The notes: generated by a model from the letters alone, not told the origin. A stretch of 64,000 nucleotides of DNA from Phormidesmis sp. (GCA_965248535.1 CBDFJR010000005.1:1216001-1280000), one strand, 5' to 3'; counted from the stretch's first letter, positions 19,041 through 29,269 are shown. Numbers and translations are program-made.

Positions 19041-19397
19041 CTCTAATTCTTCCCGAACGATGTTCTGGAACGAACGGGGTATGAGACATTCTCTGCTGGA
19101 ATCACAAAATCTGGTACCTACATATTAGGACTTGGCGTTGTGAATGTTGGCGACCCACTATATGATTCTGCTGTGTTGCTAGACAACTTTAAACCTGTCT
19201 CTGCATAGGCGATAGTCTTGTAGCTACTGTTGAAAATACTAGCTTTAACGCAGATGTTACTTTCCTAACGCTTGCGTTAAATCTGGTTTTCGATTTCCCT
19301 TAAACGTTCTGATCTCGTTCTATGGGTATACAGTAATTTCATTCTAGTTTCATGTGGATGTCGGAAGCTGATATAAGTGGCGATCGTTTTCTCTAGA

Positions 19398-19633
19398 ATG
19401 GACAGACTTAATACGATAAATTTTGACTATGACTTAATTGTGATTGGAGCGGGTCCAGGCGGTCTAGCTGCATCAGAACGAGCCGCCAGCTATAGCGCTA
19501 AGGTCGCTATCGTCGAACGCGATCAAGTTGGTGGCACTTGTGTAGTTCACGGCTGTATTTCTGAAAAATTGATGACTTATGCCGCCAGCTTTCTGCAATT
19601 TTTCCAAAACGCCGACGAGTATGGATGGGGTAA
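19398..19633 (+). pseudogene. gor: Glutathione reductase 5' fragment
   Basis: FDYDLIVIGAGPGGLAAS..VGGTCVVHGCISEKLM; ends at the IS boundary. Confidence 0.75.
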
Positions 19634-20898
19634 CTCACATCTTGCAGCAGTCTCAACAAGCTAAGGGGAGGGGCTTGACAAGGATTTCAAACCCTAGGTC
19701 ATCCGCAAGTTTCCGGTGCTTTTGAATCTGATGCAATAGCTTCATCCATAGGACTTGAGGCAAAAGTTCTGCAATTGCTTGGGCACTGACTTCACCCCAA
19801 TCAAGCGGTGCCCAGGTGGGGAACGTTCGAGAGACCCAATGGGCAAGCAGGTAAGCAATGAGGGATAACAGCAACCAACGGTAAATGCCCAGTCGAGTCT
19901 TCTGTCCAAAGCAATGCAAACCAAAGCGATGTTTGATGGTTTTGAAGAAGCCCTCAATGGCCCACCGTTGTCGTCCTAACCGCACGAGGTAGGTTCCAGA
20001 ATAGGGATAGGTGGAGACGACAAAGCGCAATTCCCGCTTGCCATCACTGCGCTTGAGCCAAAACCAGGAAACGGTCAACGGCACCTCGATGCCCGCTAAT
20101 CGCACCTGCTGTCCCCGTTTTGATTGACGGTAAAGCGATTTGAGGGGTTTGCCCGTGTCCATTAGACGAGTGCAGCGCATTCCCACGACCGCTCGCCAGT
20201 GCCGTTTTCGCACCGCCGTGAGAAACTCCACGGTGCCAAACTCGGTATCTGCCAGAACGACGACAGGGAAACGTTTCGTGAGGGTCTGGGGCACACGAGC
20301 GAGGAGTTTACACGCGAGTTGAGGGTGACTCGCAGCACCCTTGCCATGCCAGATACAGAAACTCCAAGGCACCTGCCACGAACCCAGCACTAAGTAGAGC
20401 ACGACAATGTGGAGTCCTCGCTTGCCGTTGAGCACTCGCACCCACGGATTGGGCATTGCCTCATCCTCAGTCGGGTCACTCAGATGACGAAACTTGCCGC
20501 ACTTCTCTAAGGTGGTCAAATCAATCAGAACTTTCAGTGGACTTCCAGAGCGCGGGAGATGCTGTTTCATCTGCTGCAACACCTGCTGGCGAGTCGTTCG
20601 CAGTACGCCGCGGGTTGACCCCTCATACTGATTGAGAAAGCGACTCAACGCGCTAGCAGATTTCGTCTGGCACTGTTGCGGCAACGGATGCCCTTGCGCC
20701 TCTAAAAACAATCCTAAAAGAGAACTGAGACTGGCGTGCTGATAGGAGCTAGGCATCAGATGAAGGAGGGCGTACACTAGTCCTTGGGCGTGTTTCAAGA
20801 TGGTTTCCATAACCGTCCTATTCAACTATTTCTACGCCCTTTCTTACAAACTTTCAGCCGTTTGGCAACCCCTTGTTGAGAATGGTGCAAGATCTGAG
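19634..20898 (-). mobile_element. DDE insertion sequence (IS4/IS701-like; transposase 19653-20825)
   Basis: About 27-bp TIRs CTCACATCTTGCAGCAGTCTCAACAAG / CTTGTTGAGAATGGTGCAAGATCTGAG; IDLTT, ADTEF, RWAIEGFFK; no target duplication. Confidence 0.88.
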
Positions 20899-21448
20899 CT
20901 TACCTAAAATAGATGGGATAGAGGTCTGCACTCGCATTCGCCAGAGCAAATCTGTCAGAAAAGATCCCTACATTATTATGTTGACGGCTAAAGGTGCTGA
21001 AGTCGATCGCATTGTGGGCTATTCCACGGGAGCGGATGACTACATTACAAAGCCTTTCAGTCCTCAAGAATTAGTGGTGCGTTTACGGGCAGTGTTGCGA
21101 CGCACGATGCGCCATCAGGGAGAGCAAACCACGATCGGAACTCGGCACTTTATTATTGACCAAGAAAAACGGGAAGTGATGGTGCAGAAAACAGATGATG
21201 GTGAGATTGAAGCTGTGAGACTCACAACTGTTGAATTTGATCTTCTAGCACTGATGGCATCTCGCCCGAAGCGGGTGTGGAGCCGTTCTGAGTTGCTAGA
21301 TGCGGTGCGAGAAAATGACTTTATTGGCGATGAGCGATCGATTGACACTTACATTGGACGATTGCGACGCAAGATTAATCCAGATGATCAGCGAGATCGC
21401 TTTATTCGCACTCATACGGGCATTGGATATAGCTTTGAAGACGATTAA
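20899..21448 (+). pseudogene. OmpR-family response regulator lacking the receiver N-terminus
   Basis: Starts at LPKIDG; GADDYITKPFSPQELV and the winged-helix C-terminus are intact. Confidence 0.85.
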
Positions 21449-21456
21449 AAGACATC

Positions 21457-22578
21457 ATGAGCCTTCGCCTAAGACTATTTCTGACTAATGTGCTTGTGTT
21501 AGTATCAGCCCTCCTTTGCGCTGCGACTGTTGCTTATGGCTACAAGTCGCAGCAATTTCCGGCTCGACTAGCCAATTTAGAAAGACGGTACAAACAATCA
21601 ACGTCATCAGAGCAAAAGTTAGCAAATCAAGATTCATACAATGACATTGTTGACATCTTTTATCGAGTCAACGATCGAGGGACATTGCTGGCTTTTGCTG
21701 CTAGTTTACTAACAGTGAGTTTGCTGAGTTTATCGCTAACGCATTCGATTTTGAAGCCATTGAGGAAGATTGAACGAGTCGCGAAACAATTTAGTGAGGG
21801 GGATTTAGATGCTCGCATCCCGCCCAGCCAGATTTCAGAAATTCGTCAGCTTGAATTGACGTTGAACAGTGTGGCGGATCGATTGCAAGGCGTTGAGGAG
21901 CGTCGTCAGGAATTAGTGGGGGATTTGGCGCATGAAATGGGGACTCCTCTGACCGTGATTCGAGGCTATTTGGAACTATTAGATTCTTCAGACGGATTCG
22001 AGCTAACGCTGGACATCAAGCGACAGCTCCATGAAGAAGCAGAGCGAATGACACGATTATTAGCAGATCTAAGAATTCTTTCGAGCATTGAGTCAGGAGG
22101 TTTACCACTACGATTGGAATCATTTCCTCCCTCCCCAGTCATTAAGACTGTTGTTGCTGGTTTCTGTAGCCGAGGATGGATCAGCGACTGTGTTCTAGAA
22201 CTATCGGGTGCTGAAAATTTACCTCATATTTTTGCGGACTGCGATCGCTTCAAGCAAATCCTCACGAACCTCATTAATAACGCATTGGCGTACACCCCTA
22301 AAGGCACTGTGACGGTTCAAACTTGGGCAGAACGAGAAAAGCTTTGGGTGATGGTGAAAGACACAGGAATCGGCATTTCTGCTGAAGATCTACCTTCTGT
22401 ATTTCAACGCTTTTGGCGCTCTGATGACTCTCGACATTTGCGCCAGGATGGAAGTGGCATTGGGCTTGCAATCACAGAACGATTGGTCAGAGTAATGGGA
22501 GGACGAATTGAGGTTGAGAGCGAACTGGGTCGAGGGTCAGCGTTCAGATTTTGTTTACCAATCGATACGCCAAGCTAG
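21457..22578 (+). CDS. HAMP-domain sensor histidine kinase (BaeS-like)
   Basis: DLAHEMGTPL, NLINNALAYT, DTGIGI, GSGIGLAI. Confidence 0.92.
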   Translation: MSLRLRLFLTNVLVLVSALLCAATVAYGYKSQQFPARLANLERRYKQSTSSEQKLANQDSYNDIVDIFYRVNDRGTLLAFAASLLTVSLLSLSLTHSILKPLRKIERVAKQFSEGDLDARIPPSQISEIRQLELTLNSVADRLQGVEERRQELVGDLAHEMGTPLTVIRGYLELLDSSDGFELTLDIKRQLHEEAERMTRLLADLRILSSIESGGLPLRLESFPPSPVIKTVVAGFCSRGWISDCVLELSGAENLPHIFADCDRFKQILTNLINNALAYTPKGTVTVQTWAEREKLWVMVKDTGIGISAEDLPSVFQRFWRSDDSRHLRQDGSGIGLAITERLVRVMGGRIEVESELGRGSAFRFCLPIDTPS

Positions 22579-23570
22579 AATCCCCTTAACAAGTAGCGAG
22601 TTAGGTCTGCACCAACACGGCGTTCATCTTCAGGCTCAGGGGGAAGGTTCCAGCGGATCGATTGATAGAGCAAGTGGCGATAGAGGTCAAATGCAGCTTC
22701 GATTAGTTCACTATAGGTTCTGGCAGCATCGATCGCCCACTGATAGGCGAACCAAGCAGAGCAAATCCCTAACAGCAACGACCACGTTGCCCAAAGGTTC
22801 CAACCGAGAAATGTCCAGCCGCAGAAAAGGAGGCTCCACAGCCAAGCACGGGCAGCAGTATTGAGGTCGGCGCGAGCTTCCTGGAGGTCTTTTTTGACTG
22901 CATCGGGAAGCAGCATCCAGAGCCGCGACCAACAGACGATCGCATCGAGTCCATATTTTTCTAAAGGTTTTCGTTCGGCAGCACGTAATAGATTGCCGAG
23001 TCGTGTAGGCATGAGGTCGGTGCTGGTGTTTGGCATTTCTCTGAGGAATTGCCCCAGACGAATCAGGGTTCCTTGTTCGTCTAGGGTCAGCAGTTGTTCG
23101 CAAAGTTGAAGATAGAGATCGCGCTCCCTGACACTGAGTTTTTCACCTCCTTGGCTCTGTTTCAGATGTTCGAGCGCAGCAAATTCTTGTTTCCGTTGTT
23201 CTTCGGTTGCCCTCAGTTCTTGACGCTGTTGGACGAGTCGTTTCCAACGAGCGCGGTAGTGTCGAACGCGTTGTTGACGGAAGCAATGGAGCCACGGGTG
23301 CCAATAGCCCTCTAGAAACCGCAATGTGGCTAGATCAAATCGCTGCATGACAAAAGCAGAAGCGGCAATGATACACAGGCATCCTACCAAAATGGCAATT
23401 TGTAAGGGTTCAGGATGACGAGTGAATTCAGTAACAAGCGTCTGCCAGCCATACCGCTGAATTGCTGTGGCAAAACCGCCAAGCCAGAAGACAAAAGCAG
23501 GGGTGAGTAAGGTAGCAACCCACTGTTCAGCAAATTTGCCGCCGAAGCTTTCGAGGACTTTTGCAGTCAT
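22575..23570 (-). CDS. Hypothetical membrane protein (2 TM + helical region + 2 TM)
   Basis: 331-aa ORF with hydrophobic pairs at both ends; PTRLGNLLRAAE..YGLDAIVCWSRLW block. Confidence 0.8.
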   Translation of the reverse strand: MTAKVLESFGGKFAEQWVATLLTPAFVFWLGGFATAIQRYGWQTLVTEFTRHPEPLQIAILVGCLCIIAASAFVMQRFDLATLRFLEGYWHPWLHCFRQQRVRHYRARWKRLVQQRQELRATEEQRKQEFAALEHLKQSQGGEKLSVRERDLYLQLCEQLLTLDEQGTLIRLGQFLREMPNTSTDLMPTRLGNLLRAAERKPLEKYGLDAIVCWSRLWMLLPDAVKKDLQEARADLNTAARAWLWSLLFCGWTFLGWNLWATWSLLLGICSAWFAYQWAIDAARTYSELIEAAFDLYRHLLYQSIRWNLPPEPEDERRVGADLTRYLLRGF

Positions 23571-23579
23571 GGATGCACC

Positions 23580-23966
23580 TTACGATTGAGCGGGCATGAG
23601 GGGAACTAAGTGGGTGGGACACAACGGAATTGCGCTGGTATCTTCTCGATACCAAGTGTGGGCGCACCGAGGGCAGCCATATTTGACTGCGGGTTGTGGA
23701 GAGGAGTCTCCTGGTAAGCCCAAGAAAGAGCGGGTAATATCTGCTTGAGCTTCCCCCTGGAGAAAGCGCTGTATCCATTGCCGTGTCGTGTCTGACTGGC
23801 GCAAGAGAGCGCTTAGTTGAGTAGGTTGAGCTTGATTCTCATCAATTTGAGCAAGGAGGGTGCGGATCTGCCGATCGTACTCTGCGGCGCTCTCAGGAGA
23901 AAGAAGGACGGGAAGTTCAGGGAGAATGGCTTGGGCAGCAGCAATGATTTGGTCGGGTGTTGGCAT
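23580..23966 (-). CDS. Hypothetical protein with C-terminal Zn ribbon
   Basis: CPRC...CPTH; 9 bp from the next gene. Confidence 0.75.
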   Translation of the reverse strand: MPTPDQIIAAAQAILPELPVLLSPESAAEYDRQIRTLLAQIDENQAQPTQLSALLRQSDTTRQWIQRFLQGEAQADITRSFLGLPGDSSPQPAVKYGCPRCAHTWYREDTSAIPLCPTHLVPLMPAQS

Positions 23967-24017
23967 AGGAGGAATTCAGATTGAGAGTAGGCGGTTCAGA
24001 TGGGTAGACAGACGACT

Positions 24018-24383
24018 TTATGAGTCTTTAGAGTTCTCTTGCGTGATTGATAGAAGAATGAATTCGAGCTGGGTTGCGATCGGTGAAAGTTCTTGAACTG
24101 CTTGCCAAACGGTCGTAATGTCGATGTTCATGTAGTTATGAATGAGGATGTCACGAAATCCAGCCATCCGTCGCCAAGGAATTTCTGGATATTGTTGGCG
24201 GAGTTCGGCGGAAAGGCGTTTGGTCGCTTCGCCGATGATTTCAAAATTGCGAATCACAGCATCTTGGAGCAACTGAGACTGAAGGAACGCGGCTTGTCCA
24301 GATTGGGTGTAGGTTTCGATAGTATGAATGCAGCGCAAAATGTCACTGAGAAAAACCGGGTCGTCTTGGGCTGGCTGTCTCAT
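24018..24383 (-). CDS. HepT-like HEPN ribonuclease toxin (DUF86)
   Basis: DAVIRNFEIIGEA, IPWRRMAGFRDILIHNY (R-x4-H-x-Y). Confidence 0.92.
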   Translation of the reverse strand: MRQPAQDDPVFLSDILRCIHTIETYTQSGQAAFLQSQLLQDAVIRNFEIIGEATKRLSAELRQQYPEIPWRRMAGFRDILIHNYMNIDITTVWQAVQELSPIATQLEFILLSITQENSKDS

Positions 24384-24670
24384 AGAGGAATAGCTTCACT
24401 CAGGATGCGATCGCGGCAAAATTCTCGAATCCGATCGGCAGGAACGAGGTCTACTTTCCGTCCCAAGAGATCTTCGAGGTCTTGAATTAATCCGATGTGG
24501 TCGAAAAGGCTCCACTGACGTTGGACATCAACGAGAAAATCCACGTCACTATCGGGGCGTTCGTTTCCACGAGCGACTGAGCCGAAAAGACGCACGTTTA
24601 CAGCATCGTACTGAGCGGCAAGAGTCAGAATTTCGTCTCGTTTGCTGAGGATCAGGTCGCGGAGAGCCAT
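24380..24670 (-). CDS. MNT nucleotidyltransferase antitoxin
   Basis: LFGSVARG....SDVDFLVD; LEDLLGRKVDLV; 4-bp overlap with the HEPN gene. Confidence 0.92.
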   Translation of the reverse strand: MALRDLILSKRDEILTLAAQYDAVNVRLFGSVARGNERPDSDVDFLVDVQRQWSLFDHIGLIQDLEDLLGRKVDLVPADRIREFCRDRILSEAIPL

Positions 24671-24687
24671 AGGAGTTGGGAGAGATT

Positions 24688-27657
24688 TTATAATCCAGTG
24701 TAACTGAAGGCTGCCCAGTGGAAAGGGTGAGCAAAGTCGTGATCGCTCGGTGTTCTAAAGGTGAGTTCGTCATAGAGAACACGGGCGGTGGATTCTGGGA
24801 AGCGAGAACTGCCACCAAATTCAGGCAGGGAGGCTTCGAGTCCCTGTACTTTTTCCTCATTGGTGGTGTCGCGCAGCCAAATTTGAGCTTGGCGTAATGC
24901 TTGAGCAGGCGGTAGGGCTTGGTCGCCGCGCCAGAAGTCGTAGAATTTGGTGAGCAGGAGCATGGTACTCAGGTCGGAGACTGACCAGAGGGAGGCAATG
25001 ACTCCAGCGACTCCAGCTTGTAGCAGTCCGGTGGGCAGACTGATGGCTTCATCAGCATTTTCGATGCCAGAAAGTCCAGTTTCGCAGGCGGAGAGGATGG
25101 CAAGGCGAACACCGCCGCGATCGCTCAAGTTAAGAGCAAGGATATCGCGCAGGGTAAGGAGTCCGTCACTCATCTGGAGTCCACTGTTAAGCGGGTCGGT
25201 GAGTTCAGCTTTTCCGTGGCAGGAGAAGTGGACGATCGAGGCTTCTGAGAGTTGCGATCTCTCCGAGATATCTGCTAAAGCAGATCGCACGGCTTCGATC
25301 GTGGCTTCGGTGTGTCGGAGAACGGTGCGCTGTTGAAAGTTAGCGATCGCGGCGTGTACTTCTCGTTCTGAGTTTTTGAGATCTTGAGTAGGGTTGTCGA
25401 TCGCTAGGATTGAATCGGCTGGGGTGCGAGTAGCGATCTCTTGGGCAGCGGAGAGCGATTGGGCATTGGGTGCGTGGGTGAAATGAATATCATCGAGGGC
25501 ATAGTGTCGTCCGGTCGGAGTTGTGGAATTTTCTGTCCAGGCAGCGTGGAGGGGCAGCAGGCTGAAGTATCCGGTGGGGATGAGGGTAGCTCGATGGAAG
25601 TTATGGGTTTTGAGATGACGAATGAGGGGTTCCATCAGAGGTTGCCAGAGTTGATGAGTAACGGAGTCGATCGCATTGAACCAGGCTTGTCGATCGAGGT
25701 GGGACTGTCTATATGCTTTCAGCCACGTATTGTTTAGCAGATCAATCAGTTGTGTTTCAGCAAAGTTGTTCAGCCAGATTGACTCAATATCATCTGGGGT
25801 AACTACGAGAGCTAGGCTGCCTGCTGAAGTGCTAACGAGGTAGACCAAGGGGCGATCGCGGGTTACAGCCCGACGGACATCTTCAAAGGTTGGGAGGGTC
25901 AAGAAAGCTTCGTAACTGGGTACTTGGCGGACTTCTTGAATGAGTGTGTTGAGTTGCTGACGTAGGGCGATCGCGGTTTCTCGCGTGTCTTCAGGGGTTA
26001 GGTTGTGAAGATCGCTAGAGGTCATGCTAGCGCGTTGCTGATTTTCTAGACTGCGGAGTTGGGTGGTGAGGCTTTGATATTGTTCATACAGAACTGGGGC
26101 AAGTTGTTGGAGTTGGTCAAGATCGGCTCGATCTCGGTTTAAGCTTTCACTGAGTCCACGGGCACGACCTTGTTCTAGAACTTCGACAGCCTTTTGGAGG
26201 TTGCCAATGCGGGCGAAAGTATAGGCGCTACGGCGGGGCAGATCAGCAGTCTCAGCCAGTTCAGCGGCTTTGCCGTCGAGGAAGATGCAGGCTTGATAAA
26301 GGACTTCATAAGCACTGAGGGCAGTGTCGTAAGCCTCGGCAGCGTTTGACCAGGTTTGTTGTTCAAAGTGCAGATTGCCAAGATTGCGGGCAGTTCGCCG
26401 ACACTCTTGTGGGAAAGCGTCGGAGGTATAGACTTTCAGGGCGAGTTGATAGGCTGCGATCTCATCTTCAAGATTTTCAGCCCGATCTCCCCGAATGCGG
26501 TTACTGTAGGCAAGTGCCAAGTTATTTTGTGTTCCTGCCCATCGTTCTCGGAAATCATCGGGGGTATAGACTTGCAGAGCGAGTTGGTAGCCAGCGATCG
26601 CCTGTTCGAGATTTTCAGCCCGATCTCCCCAGATGCGGTTATTATAGGCAAGTGCCAAGTTATTTTGCGTCGTTGCCCATTGTTCTGGGAAAGCGGGAGT
26701 TCTTACTTTCAGGGCGAGTTGATAGACCGCGATGGCCTGTTCGAGATTTTCAGCCCGCTCTCCCCGGATGCGTTCAGTGTAGGCATTTGCCAGGTTATTT
26801 TGCGTCGTTGCCCAATCTTGTGGGAAAGCGTCGGGGGTATAGACTTTCAGGGCGAGTTGATAGGCCGCGATGGCCTGCTCGAGATTTTCAGCCCGATCTC
26901 CCCGGATGCGGTTCTTGTAGGCAAGTGCCAAGTTATTTTGCGTCGTTGCCCATTCTTCTGGGAAAGCGTCGGGGGTTCTCACTTGCAGGGCGAGTTGACA
27001 GGCCGTGATGGCCTGTTCGAGATTGTCAGCGCCCTCTCCTCGGATGCGGTTCTTGTAGGCAAGTGCCAAGTTATTTTGCGTCGTTGCCCATTCTTCTGGG
27101 AAAGCGTCGGGGGTTCTCACCTGCAGGGCGAGTTGATAAGCCTCGATACTCAACTCTAGATTGAGCCAGCGAGTACCTAAAGGAAATTGCTGAATTAGAT
27201 TGCCAAACCCAACCAATACAGCCGCTACAAAGATTCGCTGTTCTGCCTCTCCGGTAAACAACCGTGCCATCACTTGAGGCATCACCGCTAGCAATTCCAG
27301 ATTCAACCGTTCCTGCTGCTGTGCCCAGACTGCATAGACCTGTTGCGTATTTCCTTGGTTTTCTGCCACCAACTGCAACGTCTCTAGCAAAAACCTTGCT
27401 GCATCCTCCGTTCCGGTCGAGTTAGCGGTTTCTAAACCCAACGCCTGCGACAACTGCGCCGCAAATCCCCGTAGCCATTTTGCATCGCTATCGCCTTGAC
27501 TCTCAAGATGCACCGCAACCCGCTCCATCTCCTCCAGCAACCCTGCATCCACCAATTCTGCATTTGCCTGCAAAAGCTCTGCCTCCTGCCCCTGCGAACA
27601 GCCCAACAGTTGCTCAATCAATCCCACATACGCCTTTATCCGCTGCTCATCTATCAC
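24688..27657 (-). CDS. TPR-repeat CHAT-domain (caspase-like) protease
   Basis: About six near-identical 40-aa TPR units (WATTQNNLA.AY..RIRG.RAENLEQAI); catalytic HFSCHG and LSACETG; HPFHWAAF terminus. Confidence 0.93.
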   Translation of the reverse strand: MIDEQRIKAYVGLIEQLLGCSQGQEAELLQANAELVDAGLLEEMERVAVHLESQGDSDAKWLRGFAAQLSQALGLETANSTGTEDAARFLLETLQLVAENQGNTQQVYAVWAQQQERLNLELLAVMPQVMARLFTGEAEQRIFVAAVLVGFGNLIQQFPLGTRWLNLELSIEAYQLALQVRTPDAFPEEWATTQNNLALAYKNRIRGEGADNLEQAITACQLALQVRTPDAFPEEWATTQNNLALAYKNRIRGDRAENLEQAIAAYQLALKVYTPDAFPQDWATTQNNLANAYTERIRGERAENLEQAIAVYQLALKVRTPAFPEQWATTQNNLALAYNNRIWGDRAENLEQAIAGYQLALQVYTPDDFRERWAGTQNNLALAYSNRIRGDRAENLEDEIAAYQLALKVYTSDAFPQECRRTARNLGNLHFEQQTWSNAAEAYDTALSAYEVLYQACIFLDGKAAELAETADLPRRSAYTFARIGNLQKAVEVLEQGRARGLSESLNRDRADLDQLQQLAPVLYEQYQSLTTQLRSLENQQRASMTSSDLHNLTPEDTRETAIALRQQLNTLIQEVRQVPSYEAFLTLPTFEDVRRAVTRDRPLVYLVSTSAGSLALVVTPDDIESIWLNNFAETQLIDLLNNTWLKAYRQSHLDRQAWFNAIDSVTHQLWQPLMEPLIRHLKTHNFHRATLIPTGYFSLLPLHAAWTENSTTPTGRHYALDDIHFTHAPNAQSLSAAQEIATRTPADSILAIDNPTQDLKNSEREVHAAIANFQQRTVLRHTEATIEAVRSALADISERSQLSEASIVHFSCHGKAELTDPLNSGLQMSDGLLTLRDILALNLSDRGGVRLAILSACETGLSGIENADEAISLPTGLLQAGVAGVIASLWSVSDLSTMLLLTKFYDFWRGDQALPPAQALRQAQIWLRDTTNEEKVQGLEASLPEFGGSSRFPESTARVLYDELTFRTPSDHDFAHPFHWAAFSYTGL

Positions 27658-27708
27658 AGATTATCCCATCAAGACTCCATGATGATCTACACAGTCATTG
27701 TTCGCTAT

Positions 27709-27776
27709 ACCGGATTTATACGGATAAAATCACAGTTTCCTAACCGGATTTATACGGATAAAATCACAGTTTCCTA
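27709..27776. repeat. Perfect 34-bp tandem duplication
   Basis: ACCGGATTTATACGGATAAAATCACAGTTTCCTA x2. Confidence 0.9.
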
Positions 27777-28059
27777 ATGGCGCTAGAATCGCTCGAACCG
27801 CCCGACTCGCTGCCTCTGGATTCTTCTCATTCAAGAAATCAAACTGCTTTTGCAAATCAGCCAGTGCTTCTGGTAGCCAAGAGAGCTGAAACATCACGAT
27901 CGCGGCTCTTTGCGTAGATTTGCCGCCCGCTCCACAACCTGCTCATGGGACATTCGGCTTCCAATTTGCTGAAACGTCTGCCATCGCCGTTCATTAGTCT
28001 TGAATGATTTCCGCCTCAGTCAGTTCGACAAATCTCGCAGTCGTATCCACGTCTTCCAT
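27777..28059 (-). pseudogene. Decayed antitoxin plus ParE/RelE-like toxin remnant
   Basis: Toxin start at 27894 (MFQLSWLPEALADLQKQFDFLNEKNPEAASRAVRAI) is truncated; upstream frameshifted ORF ...TEAEII../..WQTFQQIG..SHEQV. Confidence 0.55.
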
Positions 28060-28123
28060 TGCGCTATTCGCTTCATTCACGGCAAGTTGCTGAAGATGGA
28101 AAGACTTCAAAGCGTATGAACGA

Positions 28124-29269
28124 CTAAAATTCAGCATACTGCGGCGGACTCGCCCCGACCCGTTGCGTAATTCGAGGATAGTTGACCTTCAGTTGCGGTT
28201 CTGTAATCGCCACAACACCTACCTGATGCCACCAATCATCCCCAAAATCAAACCAATAGCCAAACGGTTCGTTGATCGCTAAACCCAACGCTCCAATTTT
28301 GGTCTTGGCAACATCCCCTGCGATCGGGCTATCAAAATCATCCTTTGAGTTCATGGCTAACCCATAACGATCGGCATTCGGATCGCCGGGACCACTCCCT
28401 TTCAACTGAAACTCATACAGATGCTCCTCTTCGCGATCGAATGCTCTGAAAATGATGTGATGCAGATCTTCTAAGGTTTGATCCCCCCGAATCTCGATCG
28501 TTCGGACGATTTGAGGATTTTTCTTGACAAACTTCTCGGCAATCGGACCACTAAGTAAGGCGACTTCCAAAACATACAACGCTTGGAGGGCTTCTGCGGA
28601 AGGCGGCTGGCTCGTCGATGTCAGTTTACGCTGGGCAGATTTGGCTTTTCGGGATTCAGGAGGATTTTGGGCTGTCATCCCTTCTATTGCGTTCGCGATC
28701 GCATCACTGTTCTCCTTGTGTCCTGGAATGTAGGGAATCAGCCCTTTACGATAGGCTTCCACCTGCGCCCCAAGCGGTGCGCTGCGGATATCCATCAGCA
28801 AACCATTCACCGACAGCATCCAGATCAGGGGATTGCGATCGACCATGCTGGGCAAGCACCAATCCGGGTCAAACTGCCGCATCTTCAACGTATCCCGCAC
28901 GAGCTTTGATTTGCCTTGCCCGGTACTCTCGGCAACCCCAAACCCCCGATAGAGTTCGCTGGCATTAATATGAGGGCTTTGAGAACTATCAAACAGAAAA
29001 TTGACCATCCCGATCGCATGGGTAATACCACAAGCCCACGTCTTTGCCTGTCCTTTGTCGAGTGGAGAAGGGCGCTTGCGGCAAAGCGCAGCCGTGGCTT
29101 GACGAATCAGATGGGCGTATTCCTCGTTGAGATGTTGCCGCGCAAATTCATCAGTCAGTGCAACGATGCTGTTGAACTTCGCTTCCATTGCCTTTGGGAC
29201 ATCTTCGGATTTCTTAGATTTAGCCATGACGGTAGGGTGAGCGAGAAATTGAGGTGAGAGCGGGGGCAA
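28124..29269 (-). CDS. DUF6398-like domain fused to a pRiA4b ORF-3-like domain
   Basis: LCRKRPSPL..WACGITHAIGMVNFLFD N-domain; TLEDLH..I..AFDREEEHLYEF and YWFDFGDDWWH C-domain. Confidence 0.75.
   Translation of the reverse strand: MPPLSPQFLAHPTVMAKSKKSEDVPKAMEAKFNSIVALTDEFARQHLNEEYAHLIRQATAALCRKRPSPLDKGQAKTWACGITHAIGMVNFLFDSSQSPHINASELYRGFGVAESTGQGKSKLVRDTLKMRQFDPDWCLPSMVDRNPLIWMLSVNGLLMDIRSAPLGAQVEAYRKGLIPYIPGHKENSDAIANAIEGMTAQNPPESRKAKSAQRKLTSTSQPPSAEALQALYVLEVALLSGPIAEKFVKKNPQIVRTIEIRGDQTLEDLHHIIFRAFDREEEHLYEFQLKGSGPGDPNADRYGLAMNSKDDFDSPIAGDVAKTKIGALGLAINEPFGYWFDFGDDWWHQVGVVAITEPQLKVNYPRITQRVGASPPQYAEF

Noticed and set aside
26346..27159. Long plus-strand repetitive ORFs (220 and 267 aa); possible CRISPR-like periodicity
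   Set aside because: Antisense shadows of the 120-bp TPR coding repeats; there are no unique spacers.
27709..27776. 34-bp repeat as a mini CRISPR array
   Set aside because: The copies are directly adjacent with no spacer, and there are no cas genes in the window.
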